From an uncultured Candidatus Saccharibacteria bacterium (GTDB taxonomy: Bacteria; Patescibacteriota; Saccharimonadia; QS-5-54-17), in NCBI GenBank assembly GCA_964638825.1, contig CAZXAD010000002.1, positions 1 through 38,579 on the forward strand: 38,579 nt of DNA, given 5' to 3'. The notes beneath the pieces are model-generated. The model saw only the letters and a list, made by a program, of their open reading frames with translations, was not told where the DNA came from and made no database searches. This document shows, piece by piece, positions 25,039-32,566 of this stretch; positions within the stretch are counted from its first letter, which is position 1, and the number at the start of each line of letters is the position of its first letter. The position numbers and the translations under genes are program-made.

Positions 25039-25235
25039 AGTAATAAGTTGTCAAAAATAATACGGAACTCAACGGAGCACGCTCTTGGAATGAATCACAG
25101 TACGCATAATCAATAAAAGCGCGGCATGTAACACGAAAGTTCCTGAGAGTAGTGTTATAAGGGTGGATGAGAGTACTCTCCCCCTATAAGCACTCTTATG
25201 CCAGGATATTAAATGGATATATAATGCTTTTCCGT

Positions 25236-25275
25236 AAAAATTGAAGTACGTCGCAAAATATACATTGTGCGACGT
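25236..25275 (-). terminator. Candidate intrinsic terminator of the ATPase gene
   Basis: 8-bp stem ACGTCGCA/TGCGACGT (25248-25255 and 25268-25275) with a 12-nt loop. On the - strand a TTTTT run follows after 7 nt. It lies 93 nt past the stop codon. Confidence 0.4.
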
Positions 25276-25367
25276 TATAGTTATGTAAGGGTTCGCTTAC
25301 TTTTTTTATTTGCTTGTGACTGTCCTCGTGTTCATTATGTGTTTTTGTATTCTCTTGCTCCCTTTTG

Positions 25368-28052
25368 TTATTTACGTCTCCGTAGCTTCACCACTTCGTC
25401 CGGTCGCAAGTTCGCGTCTGAGTCTGAATCTTGGCTGTTTTGCGTTTGCGGCTGATTTTCAGGTTTTGTTTGGACTGGTCTTTTTTGTTGCTGCTGCTGT
25501 CCGCCTGATGCGTGTTTCGGTTTTTGTTTGTGTTGGTTGCTGCGATTTTGACTCCGTTGTCCGCCTCCGGCGTGCTGTCGTTGTTGTTGCTGCTGTTGTT
25601 GTCCGCCTGAGCCGGATTTCGGTTTTTGTTCATCCACTTGTGTCCAGGCGCGGATTTTCTGCTCAACCTCTGAGCGTCCAGAGGCGAAGGTACTGCGCGA
25701 ATGTTCGATAATATTAGGTATAAAGTCGCTTTCGGTATCAGGAACACTTAAAGAGTGGGCAGTGAACGGCGGCGCTTTTTCTCCGTCGATACTCATATTG
25801 ATAATGAAGTTTTGGTTATGAAGTTTTATGAGGTCTTCGCTTTCGAATGTGGGCGAGAAATATTTGGCCAAATACGGCGCGTCGTCCGCGCTAACACGGA
25901 AAGAGATGATCGAACCCACGTTACCGAATACCGCGTCGCGGACCTCCTGGGACATTTGCGATATATACTGGTTGGCGATCGTCAGGTTCAACCCGTATTT
26001 GCGGGCTTCTGATAATATAACCGCGAATGAATCCGTGGCAAAATTCTGGAATTCATCCACGTATAGATTAAACGGGCGCCGTTCTTCCAAGTGCGTGATG
26101 TTGGCCCGGCTCATGGCGGCCAGCTGGATTTTGGTAACCATGAGAGCACCCAGAGTGGCTGCGTTGTCCTCCCCTACCTGGCCGCGACTCAGGTTGACGA
26201 TTAAAATTTTACCCTCGTCCATCATTTTCCGGATATTAAAGGCGCTCTGAGGTTGGCCGATGATGTTGCGAACCAGCGGATTAGCAGTGAAGGCGCCTAC
26301 TTTATTCAGGATGGGCGCAACTGCTTCAGAGGCAAACTTTTCGTTCCAGGAAGCGAACTCGTTCACCCAGAAGTTCTTGACCACTGGATCCTGGATTTCT
26401 TTGATTACATCATCGCGGAATTGCTTTTCCGTTAACATGCGGGTTATGCCGAGCAATGTGGCGTTTGGGTAATCCAGTAGCGCCAGGATGGTATACCGCA
26501 GAATATACTCGAGCCGTGGCCCCCAAGAGTACCCGAACATGCGCTTTAGAGCTCCCACAACTTCTGAAGAAATGTGGCTTTTAAGGCTTGGGTCAGTAAC
26601 TTCCAGGGGATTGAATGCCACCGGGTATTCCGTATCAGCCGGATTGAAATACACTACGTCCTTCACCCGGTGTTCAGGGATATATCGTAACACATCGGCT
26701 GCAAAATCCCCGTGGGGGTCGATAGTGGCAAATCCTCCTCCATGGTAAATATCTGAAAGTGTTAATAACAACAACAAATAGGATTTCCCGGTGCCGGTTT
26801 GCCCTACTACGTACACATGCCGGCCACGGTCGCTTCGTTTAATACCGAATTGGTGGTTATGCCCCCGGAAATTTGTCACGCCTATCGGGCTTAATTCTTC
26901 TTGGGGTATGGTTGCTACCGATGGAAGATTAGAGGGTGGTTCGGCCGTTTTGTTATTCGCCCATACTACATTCGGGGTTTCGACGTTCGCGTGAGGCAAG
27001 TGGTACAGACTGGCGAGCTCCTCGATATTTAGAATAAACCCTCTATCAATGAATAATCGGGCGCGGTACTGTTTGATTGCTTCCTCGCCGCTGAGTTGCT
27101 TGCTGGATTTGAAGCCGTTGGTAACGTCATTGAATTGTTTGAACGCGCCGAGTAATGCTTGCATACGCAGCCGTGACAACGTTTTATCATTGCCGATATG
27201 GACGATTCGTACTTTTACTTCGTATCCGAGTTTGGCAATTTTATCGTTCGTGGATTGGATCATAGCTTTTTGTTGGTCGGAGACTTCGGGTTGTTTACTC
27301 CCTCCTTCCCCACTGTTGGGCGGTTTCCAGAGCGCGACAAAAAAGTCGCCGAGTAGTTTCTGCAATTTTCCGCCGGTTCCTGAACCGCCGCTTCTGAGCC
27401 GGGATATATATGCTTCGCCTTTTTTATGCCAGCTATCTTCGATCGGCCGGGCCAGTATTTGTATCCACGCTTGTTCGCTCGGATCTTCAAGTTTGGCCAA
27501 TACAGCGGTAATTCCTCCTAATGGATCAACTTCAAAACTATTAAACGTGCGGATCGGTAATACGTCGGGATTGGATAGTTTCAGCTCTAAAGATTCAGCC
27601 ACGTAGTTTTCAGGTAGTTCTTGGCGGGCATAATCTTCATTCAGTTCCACGATATTTACGCTTGGGTACTGGGCATATACCTGACCTTCTATAAAATTCT
27701 GTAAATGGTGGGGCGTCCAGATATAGAAACGGATTTTTTGATCAACGGCCGCGATTTCAAAACTGATGTGTTCCTGTATCCCTCCCTCACGCAATAATTC
27801 CTGTTTAGGCCGCAGAATTCCATGCAAACTGGCAAAAAGTTGTTCAGCGGAAAGCTCACGTTTCTCATTGTTGCGAGGCAACTCCAGCATGAGGAGACTG
27901 TATTTGGAATCGCTCACCCAGCGTTGTTTGCGCACATTCTGCCAGATAAGAAAACCGAAGACAGCCACGACAACTACCCAGCCGCCCCAATCAAAGAGCA
28001 ACTTGCCCAGAAACTGGATAATTGTAAAAAATATACTGAAGAGAAGATTCAT
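25368..28052 (-). CDS. Membrane-anchored P-loop ATPase, VirD4/TraG/TraD (type IV coupling protein)-like, with a Q-rich disordered C-terminal tail
   Basis: 894 aa with N-terminal TM helices, Walker A GQTGTGKS and IDPHGD. A long helical insert precedes Walker B (LYVDEFQNF), followed by SEARKYGLNLTIANQ. The tail is ..QKPKSGSGGQQQQQQQ..QKPKHASGGQQQQQ... Confidence 0.8.
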   Translation of the reverse strand: MNLLFSIFFTIIQFLGKLLFDWGGWVVVVAVFGFLIWQNVRKQRWVSDSKYSLLMLELPRNNEKRELSAEQLFASLHGILRPKQELLREGGIQEHISFEIAAVDQKIRFYIWTPHHLQNFIEGQVYAQYPSVNIVELNEDYARQELPENYVAESLELKLSNPDVLPIRTFNSFEVDPLGGITAVLAKLEDPSEQAWIQILARPIEDSWHKKGEAYISRLRSGGSGTGGKLQKLLGDFFVALWKPPNSGEGGSKQPEVSDQQKAMIQSTNDKIAKLGYEVKVRIVHIGNDKTLSRLRMQALLGAFKQFNDVTNGFKSSKQLSGEEAIKQYRARLFIDRGFILNIEELASLYHLPHANVETPNVVWANNKTAEPPSNLPSVATIPQEELSPIGVTNFRGHNHQFGIKRSDRGRHVYVVGQTGTGKSYLLLLLTLSDIYHGGGFATIDPHGDFAADVLRYIPEHRVKDVVYFNPADTEYPVAFNPLEVTDPSLKSHISSEVVGALKRMFGYSWGPRLEYILRYTILALLDYPNATLLGITRMLTEKQFRDDVIKEIQDPVVKNFWVNEFASWNEKFASEAVAPILNKVGAFTANPLVRNIIGQPQSAFNIRKMMDEGKILIVNLSRGQVGEDNAATLGALMVTKIQLAAMSRANITHLEERRPFNLYVDEFQNFATDSFAVILSEARKYGLNLTIANQYISQMSQEVRDAVFGNVGSIISFRVSADDAPYLAKYFSPTFESEDLIKLHNQNFIINMSIDGEKAPPFTAHSLSVPDTESDFIPNIIEHSRSTFASGRSEVEQKIRAWTQVDEQKPKSGSGGQQQQQQQRQHAGGGQRSQNRSNQHKQKPKHASGGQQQQQKRPVQTKPENQPQTQNSQDSDSDANLRPDEVVKLRRRK

Positions 28053-28059
28053 TTACTAT

Positions 28060-29082
28060 TTATTCATTCAGTGCGTAGGTCGCTTTGGCCACGCGTTTAA
28101 ATTGGTCCTTCCCTTGTAAGTTTAATATAATTGTCGTTGGTTTTACATGGCGTTGTTCAAGCACCCGTTTTATGATCTCGTCACGGTGCAAGGGTGATTC
28201 TTTGTGCAGAATATCTTTAATAACATCCGCAACCGTACCGGTATTGAATCCCCATTCGCGTAACGCGTAAATCCCCCTCCCTACAAGAATAAACCGTTTA
28301 TCTTTTATTAATTCATTATGAATTGCTTGAGTAGTTACGTCTTTGCGTTTGAAATCGGATTTCTTTATCTCTTCGGCGATTTCATTAAAATGCATCGGTT
28401 TTTGCTGGCGCTGCAGGATCACGAAAATCTTGTCCCGGATGCTTTTGGGGTTTACTGCCGGCCACGTATCGAGCCCCCACTTATCATCTAACTGCGCTAA
28501 TCCTTTGGTAGAACGTGCCAATCCGTGCAGATGGTGTTTTTCGAGTTGGCCGGAAAATTTCTCATGAAGCGCATCGAGATTTATCGGTTCCCCCATTTTT
28601 TCTACTGTTTTCACCAAGTCGTCGCGTAATTGTTTGAGTGTTTTGTGGTCATGGTGTTGGTGTAAAGCCAAACTGTGGTGGAAATGATCGTTATCAATAA
28701 TAACGGCGATATCAGGTACCAGATGAGCAAGAAAATTTATGTGGGCGTGTTTATCGGTACCGCTATGATGGGCAACTTCGTGAAGCGGAGCGATCCGCCC
28801 TAATTTTTCCAGTATCGAGACAAAGTGGTTGCGTATTGATTCCATGTGCGGATGTTCCAATTGCTGGAGTCTCAACAAGGTATGCTTTTCTATCTGCCGT
28901 ACACGCTCCCGGGTGATTCCGAGCGCGCCGCCGATTTCTTCCAGTGTTTCCTTGCGTCCATGCAAGCCGAAGCGCCGCGTGATGATTTCCCGTTCACGGT
29001 CTTTGTCCACGGTATCTAGTATATCCGTTACCAATTGGTGAATATCTAATTTTGCTATATCGGATGTTGCTGTTGTTTCCAT
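28060..29082 (-). CDS. DNA-binding protein: sigma-70 region 4 HTH + His-rich linker + two HARE-HTH-like winged helices (no sigma region 2)
   Basis: 340 aa with REREIITRRFGLHGRKETLEEIGGALGITRERVRQIE. The central region is His-rich. The C-terminus has two ..F.(L)VGRGIYAL..W and ..FKRVAKATYAL motifs, as in RpoE-delta/HARE-HTH. The stop is 7 nt before the ATPase ATG. Confidence 0.7.
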   Translation of the reverse strand: METTATSDIAKLDIHQLVTDILDTVDKDREREIITRRFGLHGRKETLEEIGGALGITRERVRQIEKHTLLRLQQLEHPHMESIRNHFVSILEKLGRIAPLHEVAHHSGTDKHAHINFLAHLVPDIAVIIDNDHFHHSLALHQHHDHKTLKQLRDDLVKTVEKMGEPINLDALHEKFSGQLEKHHLHGLARSTKGLAQLDDKWGLDTWPAVNPKSIRDKIFVILQRQQKPMHFNEIAEEIKKSDFKRKDVTTQAIHNELIKDKRFILVGRGIYALREWGFNTGTVADVIKDILHKESPLHRDEIIKRVLEQRHVKPTTIILNLQGKDQFKRVAKATYALNE

Positions 29083-29110
29083 GAATTTACTCTTATCAGT
29101 CGTTCATATG

Positions 29111-29139
29111 ATTATAAAACAACCTTAGTTCGGTGTCAA
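29111..29139 (-). promoter_or_regulatory. Perfect consensus sigma-70 promoter TTGACA-N17-TATAAT
   Basis: On the - strand: TTGACA (29139-29134), exactly 17 nt, then TATAAT (29116-29111). A/T-rich upstream. It lies about 22 nt before ATG 29082. Confidence 0.65.
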
Positions 29140-29177
29140 TTTATAAATATGACGTTTTGTAAAAAACTGAAGGACTG

Positions 29178-31463
29178 TTACGTACGCTTTCCTTTCCGTT
29201 TCTTGGGAGTATCCAGGATTGTTTGCGCCTGTTCTTTATCTATATTTTCAGGCGTTACATCATCAGGAACTTTGGCATTGCGCTTTCCATCCGTGACGTA
29301 TGGCCCGAAGCGCCCCCGTAAAACTTTTATATTGTTGTCGAATGTGGCGATTGTATTCTTGGCATTCCGTTCGCGCTTTTGTGCTAATGCAGTGCGTGCA
29401 TCGGATTCGCTGACGGAAAAGGGGTCTTCTCCGTCGGGAATCGGCGCGAACACGTTATCACTTTTTACGTACGGTCCATACCGGCCATAATTAGCTTGTA
29501 TTTCCTGGCCGCTTTCATCGGTGCCGACCGTGCGTGGTAATTGTAAGAGTTGGAGCGCTTCCTCCAGTGTAATGTCTTCGATTTTTTGGCCTTTTGGGAT
29601 AGGGGCAAATTTGGGCTTTTGGGCAGTATCTTTGCTGTGGCCGAGTTGCAACATGGGTCCATACTTTCCCATGCGAGCAATCACCGGCTCGCCGGTTTCC
29701 GGGTCTGTACCAAGTTCTCGGGCGCCGCTGGCTTCTTCACGGGATAATGATTCAGCTTCAGAAACTTTTTTACTGAATGGTTCATAGAAATCCGCAATCA
29801 TTCGGTTCCATGTTTCTTTGCCTTGGGCGATCCGATCGAATTCTTCTTCTACTTCTTTGGTAAAATCGTAATCGACAATATCTTTGAAATTATTTGTCAG
29901 AAAATCATTTACCAGAAACGCGATCTGGGTCGGGAACAGTTTACCTTTGTCCTGGCCGTACATAATGGTTTCTTCTGATTCTTCTACACTCTCTTTTTCG
30001 CCTACTGAAAGCAGCGACACGATTTTTTCTTTTCCTTGGACATCACCTTTTTCAACGTACCCTCGTTCCTGGACTGTTGAGATAGTCGGTGCGTATGTGG
30101 ACGGCCGGCCGATTCCCATGGCCTCCAGTTTGCGGACGAGTGCTGCTTCACTGTACCGGGCAGGGGCGCGCTTCAGTGTTTCACGGGCCGTGATAGATTG
30201 CCACGCAAGTGTTTCCCCCGATTCTACGGCAGGAAGAACGGTTTCAGTTACTTTAGTCTCGCGGTATGCCTTTAACCAACCGGAAAATGTGATTACTTCA
30301 CCCGTGGCTTCAAAAAACTGCGGCAGCGTATTACCGGAAATAGTCACGGTAGTTTTGTCCAGTTGTGCTGCTGCCATTTGGCTGGCAAGCGTTCGGCCAC
30401 GGATCAATTCATACAGGCGCTGTTCTCCTTTGTCACTGCTAACGGTTTCGTTGCTCAGATCGGTCGGCCGTATTGCTTCGTGTGCCTCCTGTGCGTCGGA
30501 ACGGCTTTGGTGGGTTCTGTGTTGGTGGTGGTCTTCGCCATACGTTTTTTCAATGACCTCACGTGCTTGTTTCAGTGCGTTCCCGGAAAGAGTAACCGAA
30601 TCAGTCCGCATATATGTAATATGGCCGGCTTCATATAAGCGCTGTGCCAATGTCATGGTTTGTTTTACGCTGTAGCCGAGTTTGCGTGAAGCGACTTGCT
30701 GGAGAGTTGATGTGGTAAAAGGTGGCGAGGGGTTCCGTGTAGCCGGTTTTTTAGAAACATCAGCCACTTTGAATTCGTCGCCGCGGGCGGTTTCAAGCAG
30801 CTCGCGGGCTTCTGATTTTTCAGCAATCGTATCTTTCAGTTCGGCGGGAAGTTCTTTGCCGTCTTGAGTGTTGAATTCCGTGGTTACTTTAAATGAGCTC
30901 TCTGGCTGAAAATCGCTTATTTCTCGTTCTCGTTCAACGATTAACCGGACGGCCACTGATTGTACTCGCCCTGCACTTAAGCCGGGTTTAACCTTCTTCC
31001 AGAGTAACGGTGATAACTCATACCCTACCAATCTGTCGAGTACGCGGCGTGCTTGCTGGGTATCAACCAAATTACGATCTAACCCTCGCGGATTGTTCAT
31101 CGCGGCAGTAATCGCTTCCTCCGTTATCTCATGGAACGTAATGCGCTTTGCTGAATCTTCATTAAGTCCGAGAGCGTGGACAAGATGCCATGCGATTGCC
31201 TCACCTTCGCGGTCTTCATCAGTGGCGAGCCAAACAGTGTCGGCATTTCGCGCCGCTTTTCTTAATTCATTAACCCGCTTCTTTTTATCTTCCGGGGTAA
31301 CATATTCGGGTTTAAAACCGTTTTCCTTATCAATCGCGAGCTCTTTACGGGGAAGATCCCGGACGTGTCCATAACTCGGCAGTACCTCGTAGTCGTTCCC
31401 GAGAAATTTTTTGATAGTCTTGGCTTTGGCCGGAGATTCTACGATAACCAACTGTTTACTCAT
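29178..31463 (-). CDS. topA: DNA topoisomerase I (type IA) with a Cys-free C-terminal repeat domain
   Basis: 761 aa with TOPRIM LVIVESPAKAKTI and the active-site Tyr context GHITYMRTDS. The C-terminus has three G(K/R)(Y/F)GP(M/Y) repeats, no cysteines and a basic tail. Confidence 0.97.
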   Translation of the reverse strand: MSKQLVIVESPAKAKTIKKFLGNDYEVLPSYGHVRDLPRKELAIDKENGFKPEYVTPEDKKKRVNELRKAARNADTVWLATDEDREGEAIAWHLVHALGLNEDSAKRITFHEITEEAITAAMNNPRGLDRNLVDTQQARRVLDRLVGYELSPLLWKKVKPGLSAGRVQSVAVRLIVEREREISDFQPESSFKVTTEFNTQDGKELPAELKDTIAEKSEARELLETARGDEFKVADVSKKPATRNPSPPFTTSTLQQVASRKLGYSVKQTMTLAQRLYEAGHITYMRTDSVTLSGNALKQAREVIEKTYGEDHHQHRTHQSRSDAQEAHEAIRPTDLSNETVSSDKGEQRLYELIRGRTLASQMAAAQLDKTTVTISGNTLPQFFEATGEVITFSGWLKAYRETKVTETVLPAVESGETLAWQSITARETLKRAPARYSEAALVRKLEAMGIGRPSTYAPTISTVQERGYVEKGDVQGKEKIVSLLSVGEKESVEESEETIMYGQDKGKLFPTQIAFLVNDFLTNNFKDIVDYDFTKEVEEEFDRIAQGKETWNRMIADFYEPFSKKVSEAESLSREEASGARELGTDPETGEPVIARMGKYGPMLQLGHSKDTAQKPKFAPIPKGQKIEDITLEEALQLLQLPRTVGTDESGQEIQANYGRYGPYVKSDNVFAPIPDGEDPFSVSESDARTALAQKRERNAKNTIATFDNNIKVLRGRFGPYVTDGKRNAKVPDDVTPENIDKEQAQTILDTPKKRKGKRT

Positions 31464-31641
31464 AATGCATTCTCCCGTTTCGTGTCATACACCTGCACTG
31501 AAGCTGTCCGTGCTTTAGTTGCTCGTGAGTGTTTCTGATGAACAGCGTGGTAATTCGGTGTAATCATGCTCATACATGTTTAGCGTAGTTGCCGCTTAAT
31601 TGCAATACGGTATATTTTCATTTGTTTATCTTCAAATATCG

Positions 31642-32511
31642 TTATTCTGCTGCCCAGGTATCGTTGTTCAGCCGCCGAACTAAACCGGTAATTTCCAAGG
31701 TGGTGATTGTCCGGTTGAATGTAGCCACGTCCCATCCGGTATGGTGGATAATGGCTTCCGTATTCGTAACTCCTTGACTGAGCAGGTCGAGAAGCCGCGT
31801 TTCTTCTTTGCTGCGTGGCGTGTCTTCGATTTTATTATTCCGTATCTCTTTATCGGTTTCGCGGGCGATTCTCAGCGCGTCGAGCACATCATTCGCGTTA
31901 GTAATTGCGGCAGCTCCGTCCTTGATTAAATTATTCGCGCCTGCGCTCAACGGATTAGTGGTGTTTCCCGGTACTGCCATAACCTCCCGGTTTTCTTCCA
32001 GTGCGAAACGGGCGGTAATCAATGCTCCGCTCCGCTCGGCGGCTTCAATAATAATAGTGCCAAGACTCAGCCCGGCAATAATCCTGTTACGGGCAGGAAA
32101 ATGCTGGCGCAACGGCGGAGTGCCTTCCTCGTATTCACTGATTATCGCTCCTTTGTTTTTAAGGATATTGCGAGCAAGATCACGGTTTCGTGCCGGATAT
32201 ATCGTATCCAAACCGGAAGCCATGACCGCCACTGTATACCCGCCAGCTTCTACTGCTGCGCGGTGAGCGATGGCGTCAATACCATGCGCAAGTCCGCTCA
32301 CGATTCCGACGCCAAAGGCAGCCAAGTCGTAACTTATACGCTGGGCTACTTCTTTCCCGTAATGGGTTGCTTTTCGGCTCCCTACTATGGCCACTAAGGG
32401 TGTTTCGGTGTGCAGTGCACCGCGTATGTATAGTTTTTTAGGTGGATAGGTTATTTCAGCCAATGCTTTCGGGTATTTTTCATCAGACGGCTGAACGCAA
32501 TGAATGTTCAT
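31642..32511 (-). CDS. dprA: DNA processing protein DprA (Smf)
   Basis: Contains YP..L..I..PP..LY..G, GSRKAT and GLAHGIDAIAHRAA. The ORF extends at most to TTG 32538. ATG 32511 is preferred because the TTG is part of a + strand TTGACA box. Confidence 0.9.
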   Translation of the reverse strand: MNIHCVQPSDEKYPKALAEITYPPKKLYIRGALHTETPLVAIVGSRKATHYGKEVAQRISYDLAAFGVGIVSGLAHGIDAIAHRAAVEAGGYTVAVMASGLDTIYPARNRDLARNILKNKGAIISEYEEGTPPLRQHFPARNRIIAGLSLGTIIIEAAERSGALITARFALEENREVMAVPGNTTNPLSAGANNLIKDGAAAITNANDVLDALRIARETDKEIRNNKIEDTPRSKEETRLLDLLSQGVTNTEAIIHHTGWDVATFNRTITTLEITGLVRRLNNDTWAAE

Positions 32512-32566
32512 GAATATATGAGTAAATATAGTTGACAAATAAACAAATTAGTGTTAAAAAGAAAAA

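Noticed and set aside
24811-25150. Known housekeeping ncRNAs. The candidates considered were a tmRNA 3' end (CTCCACCA on the - strand at 24815-24822), RNase P-like GAAAGTTCC at 25135-25143, and ACAGAAAACGGGG on the - strand.
   Set aside because: The fragments are on different strands. No T-arm (GGTTCGA..) or acceptor pairing accompanies the CCA-like ends, and the RNase P P4 partners are not found. These look like chance short matches.
25262-25293. A second dif-like site (..GTGCGACG-TTATAG-TTATGTAAGGG).
   Set aside because: The right arm resembles the XerD half-site, but the left arm lacks the ATAA inner motif and matches only about 5 of 11 positions. The left part is better explained as the 3' arm of the 8-bp terminator hairpin at 25248-25275.
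24664-25367. Chromosomal replication origin (oriC).
   Set aside because: Only one near-consensus DnaA box (TGTGGAAAA) and one weaker one (GGTGGATGA) are present, and no dnaA or dnaN is nearby. The flanking genes converge on the gap, which is the opposite of what is expected at an origin. It is kept only as an alternative to test by skew and coverage.
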